Shown piece by piece: positions 50,340-60,493 of a DNA stretch of 64,000 bases. The notes beneath the pieces were generated by a model. It was not told where the DNA came from. It searched no databases and saw only the letters and a program-made list of their open reading frames with translations. The translations under genes and the position numbers were made by a program. The stretch's first letter is position 1, and every line of letters starts with the position of its first letter. The DNA lies in the NCBI GenBank assembly GCA_963832165.1, contig CAWHTE010000003.1, forward strand, positions 735,342 to 799,341. Direction: 5' to 3'. The stretch comes from an uncultured delta proteobacterium (GTDB lineage: Bacteria > Myxococcota_A > UBA9160 > SMWR01).

Positions 50340-51590
50340 TCATCTCGGCCGCCTGACCGGAGCCGTCCTGGAGGGTCTCGGCCGCGCAGAGCAGGTCGGC
50401 GAGGCCGCGGAAGGTTCGCGGGTCGTGGCCGGTGGTGGCGTTGATCCGGTCCAGCCGGTGACGAACGGTGTTCTGGTGGACGTGCAGCGCGGTGGCCGCG
50501 CGTGCGACGTTGAGGTCTGCGGCGGCGAAGGCGCGGATGGTGTCGATCGCGATGGCGCGGTCGCTCGGATCGAGCGCGCGCAGTTCCGTGCCTTTGGCGG
50601 CGATGACCGCGCGTGCGGTCGCATCGGTGCCGGCCATGGCGGTCTCCAGGGCGGGGAGGTCGCGCAGGAGGACGACCGGCCGCATCGGTGTCGCCCGCGC
50701 GAGGCAGAGGATCGCCTCGTGGTACGCGCGCTCGACTCCTGCGAAGCCGGCCGACGGGAGGCCCAGACCGAACCGGACGTCGATTCCGTGCGCGGGCGCG
50801 ACCGCTCGGACGGCCAAGAGATCCGCATCGCGGACCGCACGCGTGATGGCGACGAGTTCGCCGTGGCGGAGCGTGATCAGCGGCGGCCCGAGGCGCTCGG
50901 CGAGGACATCGCGGGCAACGAGCAGCGCATCGCCGGGCAGTTGGTCTGCGGCCTCTACGCGGCCGACGAGGACGCTGAGCGTGGCGGTGGGGTCGAGACC
51001 GGGCGCTGCGGGATGGCGGCGGCGCGGATCGGGCGGGCGCCCGACGAGGAGCCGCTCGACGAGGTCACGGGCCTCGCGGCCGCTGCGGGTGCGTACTCGT
51101 GTCTCCTCGCGCAGGAACCCCTCGGCCGCCTGAGTCGTGACGAGGTCGATCGCCTCGATCGCCGCCCGCGCCAGCGCGTAGCCGGCCGACCGCGGCAGCC
51201 GCAGCCGCTCAGCCTCCTCGGCGCACGCGTCCCAGAACGCGAACAGGGCGACCCGGTAGGCGTGCAGGAACACATCGAACTCGACGCCTTGATGCACACG
51301 CCGCGCCGCAAGCTCGCGCACGCCGGCGACGTCCTCGCGTCGCAACGGCGCCCGCCCGCGAACGACCCGGCCAGCAGCCCGGCGACCTCGATCGCGCCGA
51401 CCAGTAGATCGGCCTGCACCTGCTCGCTCGCCCCGCCGTACTCGGGCAACTCGTCGAGGATCCGAGCGGTGATGGCCTGACCGATTTCGCCTTGTCGCGC
51501 CATCAGCGCAGTGCCGATCCGGCGGATCGCGTCGGCCTCGCGCCGAGCGCGCGCGGCGGGTGCCCCGCGGCTGTCAGACGAAGCGGGCGT
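50340..51590 (-). CDS. PucR/CdaR family regulator (frameshifted, ends approximate)
   Basis: RRVHQG...LHAYRV N-domain and C-terminal LNVARAATALHVHQNTVRHRLDRI HTH. Confidence 0.75.
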
Positions 51591-51674
51591 AATTGGAAGA
51601 TCTTCGCACCGATGGAGCACAACGTTAGAGATCTCGACATTGAAGGGTGCGCGGGTGCGTGGCACGGTGACCGC

Positions 51675-52420
51675 ATGACCTCCACCGACACCCAGTACGA
51701 CCTCCAGGGCCGCACCGCCCTCGTCACCGGCGCCACGTCGGGCATCGGGCGAGCCGTCGCCATCGCTCTGGCCGCGCACGGCGCCGACGTCATCGTCCAC
51801 GGGCGCGACCCCGAGCGTGGCGCCGAGGTCGTCCAAGCCATCCTCGACGCCGGCGGACGCGCGCGGTTCCTCGCCGCTGACCTCACCGAGAGCGCCGACG
51901 CGCAACGCCTCGCCGACGCCGCGGGCGACATCGACATCCTCATCAACAACGCCGGCATCTCGCGCTGGGCGCCCACCGGCGCGCTCACCCTCGACGACTA
52001 CAACACGATGTTCGACGGCAACGTCCGCGCGCCGTTCGTCCTCGCCGGCACGCTGGCGCCCAAGATGGCCGCCCGCGGCGGCGGCGCGATCATCTCGATC
52101 AGCTCGATGGCCGGCGAGATCGGCATGCCCGGCGGCGCGGCCTACGGCGCAACGAAGGCCGCGCTCGCGGCAATGACCCGCTCCTGGGCCGCAGAGCTCG
52201 GCGGCCGCGGCATTCGCGTCAACGCCGTCGCACCCGGTCCGGTCTACACCCCCACGCCGTCCGGGCCCGAATAATCCGACAGCTCGGAGCCACCACGCCG
52301 CTCGACCGGGCCGCCCAACCGGAGGAGATCGCCGAGGTCGTCGCCTTCCTGGCGTCCGACCGCGCGAGCTACATCACCGGCGCGACCATCGCCGCCGACG
52401 GAGGCCGCACCGCCATCTAG
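51675..52420 (+). CDS. SDR family oxidoreductase (frameshifted near 52260-52310)
   Basis: TGATSGIG, INNAG, YGATK; C-terminal EEIAEVVAFLASDRASYITG...DGG in another frame. Confidence 0.8.
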
Positions 52421-52796
52421 CTCCATCGCCGTGGCCGAGCGGGGCACGCCGCAGAGTCGACTGCTCCTATGGACGACGAGGAGCGGTCCGGGGAGGAGTC
52501 GCGCACTATCGCGATGCGCGAAAGGCAGGAGCGTCGCCACTGCCGCAGAGTGCTGCGTCTCGACGAAGCGGGCACTCTGCGCCGACGGCGGACAGCCCGC
52601 CTGGCCGACGCGTTTGCCGGCCGGTCCTGCGTCGTGCGAGAACGTGACGGATCGCGAGTGCCACTCGCTCGCGCCAGGGCGGCGCTCGGAGGTGGGCGCG
52701 CTACGCTGGCAGGGTCAGACAGCGAGGGCAACCAGAGGGCGAGACCTTCAACTGAACGTCCCCTTCCCGCGTAAGCCGCCTGATCTTCTGATGGCC

Positions 52797-52822
52797 GAGA
52801 GTCCACCTGCGGGTGGGCTTTC
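52797..52822. terminator. Hairpin, possible terminator
   Basis: gagagtccacc-tgcg-ggtgggctttc, downstream of the 52873-53439 gene. Confidence 0.35.
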
Positions 52823-52872
52823 CGCGTTAACGGGCCGATGCGGGCTCGACGCGCGTGCCGGAAGGCGCCGGA

Positions 52873-53439
52873 TCAGGGCAGGATGTCGTTGAGCGTCGCC
52901 GTGAAGCGCTCGCCCGACTCCTCGAGCTCGCCCTCGATGTGCAGGCGCGCCGGGCCGGTCTCGGTCCACAGCTCGAGGAAGTAGGCCCAGCCCGGCACGT
53001 CCGGGTCGTCGGACTTGGTGATCGCCTCGACCCGGTAGATCTCGCGCGGCGGCAGCACCAGCGACTCGGGGCAGTCGTCCTCGACGCGACGGCGCAGGTC
53101 CTCGACTCCGAGCCGATCGCGAGACACGACGCGGAGCTCCTCGTAGTCGCCGTCCACGACGAGTTCGACGATGTCCTCTAGTGCCCGGTACATCGGGTCG
53201 GGCATCAGCTCGAGCCCTTCCACGATCTCTTCCCGTCCGCCCAACTCGTCGCTCGGCGTCAGGCCGAGCCGGTTGTAGAAGTAGTCCTCGCACGCCGCGC
53301 GCGCCTGGCGGCGGATGCCCTTGGACAACCCCGCGGCGCCGAGCGCAAAGACCCCCGCCTCGATCGCTTCCTCGAGCGTCCCGTGGCGGCGCGTCAGCTG
53401 CGCGGTGATCGCGCGACCGTGCTCCGTGTCGCGCGCCAT
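52873..53439 (-). CDS. Hypothetical acidic protein
   Basis: Intact ORF with protein-like composition; C-domain LVLPP...LELWTE.G...L.DIL. Confidence 0.6.
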   Translation of the reverse strand: MARDTEHGRAITAQLTRRHGTLEEAIEAGVFALGAAGLSKGIRRQARAACEDYFYNRLGLTPSDELGGREEIVEGLELMPDPMYRALEDIVELVVDGDYEELRVVSRDRLGVEDLRRRVEDDCPESLVLPPREIYRVEAITKSDDPDVPGWAYFLELWTETGPARLHIEGELEESGERFTATLNDILP

Positions 53440-53886
53440 CGATGAGCCGTCCAACAGAATCGAGGGAGCGTCGTGGCGGCTGTAGCCCGCGCAGGCCCGC
53501 ACCGCGGAGTGAAGGACGATGAGGTGGTCGCCCATTACGCCCGCGCGGGTGAGGCGTCGCCGGGCGTCATCCGGATCGACCAGCTCGTCGAAGGCGTGGG
53601 AGAAGCGCCGCCACGACCGTGCATCCTACGAACGCAGAACGACCTCAACCCGCGTGTGCCGAGCGCTCAAAAGCCGCCGGGGCTGGGTGGGAAGTCCTCT
53701 GCGTCTGACTTCAGGAGAGCGCCGCCATCGACAACAGCAGCACTTTTTTCGGCGCGTGGGTGTCGGCGCCCGCACCTCGCACATTGCGACAGCGAGGCGG
53801 CGAGCCTTTGTCGACGCTGCCGGGTGGCGGCCGAACTCGAGCGTCTATCGGTGACCCGATCACCCGTTGCGGGAAGGAGCAATTGC

Positions 53887-54385
53887 GTGACGCTCGCGGT
53901 GGTTGACCACGGGGTCCGGCTCGCGTTCTCCTTCGCCGACCTCATGCGCTACCACGGACCCGGATCGCCGGGTGGGGTCGCGCACGCGTACAAGGTGCTC
54001 GTTCGGGCGCTGCCGCTGCTCTCGCCGGACGGTGTGCCCGAGCGCCGCGAGGTCGAGGTCTGCACCGCGTGCGGCGGCCCTGGCGCGCGCGACGCGTTCG
54101 AGCTGGGTCCTACGCGCGGTCGGCGGGGAGCGCTACACGGTCGACCTCGCGCTGGCCCGTCCGGAGCGCGGGCGAGCGGCCGAGCGCTTCGTCTTCGTGC
54201 TCGCCTATCGCGAGCGCGAGGTGACGCTCGCCGTACGCGACGGGTTCGTCACCGACGAGTTCGTCGACCCCGCGCGAACCGAGCAGCGCACGCCCGAGCA
54301 CGAGACGCGGCTCACCGCGCTCAAAGCCGAGATGGCCGAGCGAGTCATGGCCGCCCCCGCTCACGCGGTCTACCTCGCCGAGTAA
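53887..54385 (+). CDS. Hypothetical FmdE-like protein (frameshift near 54105)
   Basis: F.DLMRYHGPGSPGGVAHAYK...GPGARDAFE resembles the FHGH.CPG...G...D(A/G) pattern of FmdE-like proteins. Confidence 0.5.
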
Positions 54386-54512
54386 CCCTTTGGTAGGGCG
54401 GCGCGCCATATGAAGCGCGCGCACAGTCAATCGCGCATGTCGCGCATGAGGAGCAAACGCGGCAACGTGACGTGCGGATCGTCGTCCGGCGGGCGTAGCC
54501 CGCGCTCGCAGG

Positions 54513-55022
54513 TCAGCACGCCCAGCTGATCAAGGTCAGCGCGCTAGCCATGCCTTCGACGAAGCGCCGTTGCTGGCCGCTGCCGGGGAAGGGAATCCGC
54601 TCATCGACGACATCGAGACCAGCCCTGCGCAGCGGTCCCTGGCACAGGTCACATACGTTGGCCTTGACGGTTATGAGGTGCTCGGGCTCGAGCGCCACTG
54701 CGCGCGCCACGAGGTCGGGCACGTACGAGTCGAGAGGCTCGTCGGCAACCTTGGGGTCGGTCTTGAGGTCGATTAGGAACACGCCGCAGTCGCGCAGACG
54801 CGTCAGCTGGGAGGCCTTGCCCGACCGCGACGGTCACCGGCTGAGCACCGTCTCGACGACGTAGCGGAACAGGCTGTCCTGCCCGCGCACGTCGTGGAAG
54901 TAGAAGTAGCGATCGAGGCTCGAGGGCGGCGCCTCGGCCACCAGCAGCAAGCGGACGTGTTCCGGCTGGTACCGCACGGCGGCTTGCTGTCGCCGGCGGC
55001 GGGCGTCTGCCTGAGGGCCCAT
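54513..55022 (-). CDS. Uracil-DNA-glycosylase-fold-like protein (frameshift near 54840)
   Basis: VRLLLVAEAPP...YFY, GVFLIDL, IPFPGSGQQ. Confidence 0.5.
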
Positions 55023-55100
55023 ACGACAAGGGTGTCAACGCGGGGCTAACCGCGTCGAGCCGAGCATCGCACCGCTCATTTCGCGGCATGAAAATGCTCC

Positions 55101-55297
55101 GTGGAGGCTCTGTCCGGGTCCGGCCGTAGCGTCGGGCGATCCGGGACAGGGGCTTCTGTTGGGAGAACGCAGGCGGGTAGGCCGGTTTGCGCGATGGGCT
55201 TCGAGCCCGGGCTTTTCGTTCGGCCGCCCCTGCGACTTGCCTGGATTGTGCTGCGAGCACGTATCGGTCTGTGTCGTTGTCCCGCTGGTTCTCCCGT
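55101..55297 (+). ncRNA. Candidate bridge RNA (seekRNA) of the IS110 element
   Basis: 5' hairpin 55103-55157. Stem gggagaac/gttctccc encloses two internal-loop arms whose loop sequences match the target and donor junctions. Confidence 0.7.
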
Positions 55298-55327
55298 TCG
55301 GTGTCAACCGCGTCGTGGGAGGTGAGG

Positions 55328-56574
55328 ATGGCGTTGGCGAGGTGGGTCGGTCGCGCGATCGGCCTGGATGTTCACCGTGACTTCTGCGTGGTCGCGATCT
55401 GTGAGGACGGCCAGGTCCGTTCCGGCGCTCGGGTGCCGAGCACGCCGGAGGGATTGACGTTGCTGGCGCAGAGCCTGGTGCAGTCGGATCGGGTGGCGTT
55501 GGAGGTGACGGGCAGCTGCTGGGAGGTCGCGCGGATCCTCGAGCCGCACGTCGACCGCGTGGTCGTGGTCAGCCCGGACGACACCGGCATCACGCAGGCG
55601 CGCGCGAAGACCGATCGGCTGGACGCGCGCACGTTGGCCCGGCTGCTGTGGTCGGGCGAGCTGGAGTCGGTGTGGATGCCCGACGAGCGCTGCCGCGTGT
55701 TGCGGCGCCGGCTGGCGCGCCGCGAGCAGCTGGTGCACTCGCGCTCGCGCGCGAAGAACGAGATCCACGCCGTGCTGCAGCGGCGCCTGCAGGGCAAGCC
55801 GCCGTGCTCGGACCTGTTCGGGGTCAAGGGCCGCCAGTGGCTGGCCGGCCTGGAGCTGCCGCTCGAGGAGCGCGAGTCCGTCGACGCGGGCATCCGTCAC
55901 ATCGACTTCCTCGACGCCGAGATCGCCGCGGTCGAGCGGCTGATCGCCCAGCAGGCGCTCGAGTGGCCCGAGATCCGCCGGCTGATGACCGTCCCCGGCG
56001 TCAACCTGATCTGCGCCGCGACCTTCATCGCCGCCGTCGGCGACCCGCGCCGCTTCTTGACCAGCCGCAAGCTGGTGGCCTACCTGGGCCTGGACCCGAA
56101 GGTCCGCCAGTCCGGGGACGCGCCGGCGCGCAGCGGCCGGATCAGCAAGCGCGGCTCGGCGGCCGCGCGCTGGGCGCTGGTCGAGGCCGCCTGGAGCGTC
56201 GTCCTGCAGCCCGGCCCGCTGCACGCCTTCTATGACCGCACGCGCGCCCGCCGCGGCCACGGCAAGGCGATCGTCGCGACCGCGCGCAAGCTGGCGATCC
56301 TGTTCTGGTGCATGCTCACCCGCGGCGAGGACTACGCCCACCAGCAGCCCTCGCTGACCAAGAAGAAGCTGCGCCGGCTCGAGATCACCGCCGGCGCGCC
56401 GAAGTACGCCAAGACCGGCCCGCGGGATCTGGAGCACCAACGCCGCGATCCGCCAGGCCGAGCGCGCAGCTCGCCGCGCAGGCCGAGGCCTCCTACAAGC
56501 GGCTGGTCACAGACCAGCAGGCCGCAGCCCCGGCGAGAAAGGTGGGCGCGAGCGCGACACCGGAGCGCGCATGA
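55328..56574 (+). CDS. IS110-family DEDD recombinase/transposase (frameshifts only in the C-terminal tail)
   Basis: GLDVH, ALEVTG, KTDRLDA (D-E-D-D), TVPGV, YLGLDP.VRQSG (catalytic Ser), ISKRG, ARKL. Confidence 0.92.
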
Positions 56575-56815
56575 AGTCAGGCCCTCAACGGGGCAAAGCC
56601 GCGCGGCAGACTCAAAGCTCCCGACGCCTGCGCTTCGCTACTCGGCGCGACGGCTTGCAGTGGCCCCACCGCGACGGCCTGAAGTGGCCCCACTTCGCGT
56701 TGGTTGATTTGTTGTCGTGATGTTGCCTGATGCGTGGTGTCGTGGTGCCGCGCGCCCGTCGTCGCGGAGCCGAGCCCGTAGGGCGAGGCGGAGCGGCGAG
56801 GGGCGCGCGGGCGCG

Positions 56816-57613
56816 TCATCGCGCGGGGGTCGCCTTCTTGCGGGTGAGGCCGTGGCGGAAGCGCCAGGACTCGGTGCCGGTGTCGATGATGTGCGCCTTG
56901 TGGGTGAGGCGGTCGACGACGGCCTTGGCCAGCCGGGGGTCGGGGAAGACCTTGGTCCACTCGCCGAACGGGCAGGTTGGTGGTGACGATCAGCGAGCCG
57001 CGTTCGTGGCGTTCGGAGAGGACCTGGAAGACGAGCTCGGCGGCGCCGTCGGGCAGCGCGAGGTAGCCGAGCTCGTCGAGGACGACGAGCTCGGTGCGGG
57101 CGTAGCGGCCGACGACGCGGGCGAGCTCGCGGCGGCTCTGGGCTTCTTGGAGCTCGTTGGCGAGGCCGGCGAGCGTGGTGAAGCGGACGCGTCGGCCCTG
57201 CTGGCAGGCGCAGACGGCCAGCGCGGTCGCGAGCAGCGTCTTGCCGGTGCCGGAGTCGCCGATGAGGATGACGCTCTCGCGGTCGTCGATCCAGGAGCCC
57301 TCGGCGAGCGCGGCGATCGTGGCTTGCGGGACGTTGGGGTTGTCGGCGAAGCGGAAGTCCTCGAGGCGCTTGATGGCCGGGAAGCGAGCGTCGATCAGGC
57401 GGCGGCGCTCGCGGCGCTCGGCGCGTTCTTGGTGTCTCGGCTTCCAGCAGCGCGGCGAGGTAGGCGACCGGGGTCTGCTGCTCGCGGGTCGCTTCGGCGG
57501 CGAGCGCGCGGAAGCGGCGGCGGACGGTCGGGAGCTTGAGCTCGATCGCGTGCGCCTCGATCAGCGCCTCCAGCGCGGCGGTCTTGGCGTTGGCGCGGTC
57601 ATGGCCGGTCATC
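56816..57613 (-). CDS. istB: IS21 helper ATPase (frameshifted)
   Basis: LKLPT, LEDFRF, GDSGTGKT Walker A, LDELGY Walker B, VTTN, DRLTH, SWR. Confidence 0.88.
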
Positions 57614-57852
57614 GTCGTCGCTCGCGCGGGCGCGGTGTTCGGCGAGCTCGGCGAGCGCCAGCAGCCGAACGCGAGGTCGCGCGCCGCGTCGCCGGTGAGG
57701 TCGGCCATGCGACGGGCTCGGAGCGCAGCCCGTCTCCGGGTCGCGAGAGCTCCAGACGCGGATGAGCTAGCCTGCTGGTGCCAGTCGATCAGCCTCGTGA
57801 CGCTGGGAATCCAGCGAAGGCGTTGGCGACGTTGAGCCAGCGGAATCGCCGC

Positions 57853-59396
57853 TCATCGCGCTGCCTCCGCGGTCGAGCAGCTGGTCGTAGCCGGCGAGTC
57901 GGGCGCCGGCCGGCCGTGCGCCGCCAGGCGCGGCTCGAGGCCGGTCAGCGGCGCCGGCGCCGGGCCGGCTGGTGCGGCGCGGCGCGCGAGCACCGCGACG
58001 GCGCGGCCGTCGTGCGCGCCGGCCGCCAGCGCGCCGCGGACCGCCAGCACGACCCGCGCGGGGCCGTGCTCGCGGCGCGAGCAGCAGCACGTCGACCATC
58101 TGCCGCGCGGCCTCCGAGCGCCCGTAGCGCGCGTCAGCGCGGCCCACAGCTCGTCGAACGCCGGCCGGCCAGGCGCCGCGCTCGCGCTCCTGGGCGAGCG
58201 CCAGCGACCGTCCAGGCCGCCGGGCTTGCGCTGCAGCAGCTCGAGGTAGTGATCAAGCTGCGCCGTGGCGCCGAACTGGCCGTGCAGCCGCTCGTGGCGC
58301 GCGACCACCGGCCACCGTGGCTGATCGTGATCTCCCGTGCGCCGATCCGCGCGCTCACCCTCAGCCCGGCGAGGCCGACCGGGACCGAGTAGCGGTTCTG
58401 GCGGACCGTGACCAGCGACTTGGCGTCGACGCGCGGCGCCGCGCCTCGGTCGCGTCGAACGGCTCGGCCGGCAGCGGCCGCAGCAGCGGCCGCTCGATCG
58501 CGCCAGCGCCTCGCCGACCGTCATCGCCGCGGCCGACGATCCGCCGGCGCAGGTCGGTCTCGCAGCCGGCAGCAGCATGGGCGTTGAGCTCAGCCAGGTC
58601 GGCGACCTCCGGGACCGGGACGAGGTGGTTGCGCCGGAAGCGCCCGACTTCGCCCTCGACGCCGCCCTTCTCGTGCGCGCCCGCTTGCCCGGCCGTCGTG
58701 AACTGCGACTCAAACAGGTAGTGCGAGCGCAGCGCGACGAACCGGTCGGTCTCGACCCGCCGGCGGCCCTTGAGGACCTTCTTGACCGCCGAGCCGAGGT
58801 TGTCGAAGCGGATCTCGGCGAACACGCCGCCGAACCACCCGAACGCCTCGACATGCGCCTCCAGGAACGCCTGCTGGGTCTCGCCCGGCGACGCCTGGCA
58901 GAACGCCGCGCCCGAGAACGACGCGCGCATCAAGAACAGAGCACCGTCGTCACTGCCCCGGCCAGCACGACCTGCGCCTCGCCCCAGTCGACCTCGCGCC
59001 TCAACACCCGGCGCGTGCACCTGCGGCACGAACACCTCCGCGACCGGCCAGCCCAGCGCCGCTTGCGCGCGCGCACGTAGTCGCGCACCGTCGTCTCGGC
59101 GACCTCGGCGCCGTGCTCGTCAACCAGCCGCCGCCAGATCCGCTTCGCCGTGTGGCGCTGCTTGCGCGGCGCCTCCCGATCGGCCTCAAGCCACCCGTCG
59201 ATCAGCGCGCGATACGCGCCCAGCTTCGGCGCCGGCCGACCCTGCGGCGCCGCTTGGCCGGCGGCAGCGGCGACGCCAACGCCTGCCGGACCGCCCGCCG
59301 ATGCACACCGTGCCGGCGCGCGAGCGCGCGGATCGACAGCCCCTCGCAATCGCGGTCGCGGCTGATCTGCTCGAACAGCTCCACCCTGGAACCCAT
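57853..59396 (-). CDS. istA: IS21 transposase (multiply frameshifted)
   Basis: [57 protein letters not shown]. Confidence 0.88.
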
Positions 59397-59836
59397 CCCC
59401 TCCGCGACCTCCCTCCGGACTCCGAAGAGCCCGAACCGTCCGGTCGCCATCGGACGGAGGTGGGGCCAGATCAAGCCGTCGCAGTGGGGCCAGTTCAAAC
59501 CGTCGTTCTCAGCTACGTCAGTCACCCGCGCCCACGCGACAATCTAACCCGCGACGGCCACACCGGCAAGCCGGTGCCGACCCGGCTCGCCGGAACACCC
59601 GCGAAACCATGCCCATGCACCCGGACGCACCCCATGCAGCCGGCACGAGGGGGAAGCGTGAGCCCGCCAACGCCTCTGAAAGCGCTCGAGCTCCGGAAGA
59701 ATCCGTGCAGCAAGCGCTTGACTTTCATCGGTCGCGCAAAGCAGTAGCGGGGACCCGGAGCCCGCGGCTGCCCAGGATGGTGTTCCTCACCGCCCGAAAC
59801 CGCGTGGAGAAGCCATCATGTGGCTTGTGCGCGGTG

Positions 59837-60493
59837 TCAGCGCTTGATGCGGTCCGTTTCGTGGGCCCACATGGCGATCTCGACGCGATTTCGGGCGCCG
59901 AGTTTGGCCATCAGGCTGGCGAGGTGAGTCTTGACGGTGCTGAGGCTGATGTGGAGCTCGTCGGCGATCTCGCTGTTCGTTCGACCACGGGCCACCGTGA
60001 GCAGGACTTCTTCTTCACGGCCCGTGAGCGGCTCGGTGGGCTGAGCCGGTGGGCGCCCGTTGCGGGCGTCGGAGAACGTGGCGAGCAGTCGGGCGGTGAC
60101 GCTTGGGGCGATGAGCGCATCACCGTTGGCGGCGGCGTGGATCGCCTGGATCAGGAGTGGGGGTCCGGCGTCCTTGAGCAGGAAGCCCCGGGCGCCGGCT
60201 TTGAGGGCGCCGTGGACGTACTCGTCGAGGTCGAAGGTGGTGATCACGATGACGGCGAGTGGGTCGTCGACATCGGGTCCGGCGAGTTGGCGGGTCGCCT
60301 CGATGCCGTCCGTGCCGGGCATGCGGATGTCGAACAGGCACACGTCGGGCCGCAGCTCGCGGGCGAGGGCCACCGCTGCGCGCCCGTCTGCGGCCTCGCC
60401 GACCACCTCGATGCCGGGCTGGGCGTCGAGGATCATCGTCAGCCCGGTGCGGACGAGTTCCTGATCGTCGGCGACGATCACGCGGATGGTCAC
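59837..60493 (-). CDS. NarL/LuxR-type response regulator
   Basis: ADDQ, DIRMP, TTFD, FLLK, LT.RE.EVL...G.TN.EIA.EL.IS..TVKTH. Confidence 0.93.
   Translation of the reverse strand: MTIRVIVADDQELVRTGLTMILDAQPGIEVVGEAADGRAAVALARELRPDVCLFDIRMPGTDGIEATRQLAGPDVDDPLAVIVITTFDLDEYVHGALKAGARGFLLKDAGPPLLIQAIHAAANGDALIAPSVTARLLATFSDARNGRPPAQPTEPLTGREEEVLLTVARGRTNSEIADELHISLSTVKTHLASLMAKLGARNRVEIAMWAHETDRIKR

Larger units (their letters stand above)
56642..59511 (-). mobile_element. IS21-family element with 5-bp TSD GCTAC
   Basis: GCTAC at 56637-56641 and 59512-59516. Each end has two ~24-bp cgacgg-N-tggccccac repeats in inverted orientation. Carries istA and istB. Confidence 0.9.
55081..59736 (+). mobile_element. 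IS110-family element interrupted by an IS21-family element
   Basis: Direct repeat TCGCG at 55081-55085 and 59732-59736, sub-terminal IR ATGAAA/TTTCAT, outward TTGACT at the right end, DEDD recombinase gene. Confidence 0.75.

Noticed and set aside
52421..52870. Short ORFs in this interval
   Set aside because: No motifs and low-complexity translations in an error-rich region.
56647..56694. Tandem 24-bp repeats as CRISPR or iterons
   Set aside because: They are mirrored at ~59459-59505 and are the multiple terminal repeats typical of IS21 ends.
49221..59396. Programmed frameshifting or true mass pseudogenisation
   Set aside because: Indels are scattered with no slippery motifs and affect most genes, which fits low-quality consensus sequence better.
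59600..59606. cgcgaaa in the IS110 3' end matching the target bottom strand
   Set aside because: A single 7-nt GC-rich match with no partner guide or clear loop context could be chance.
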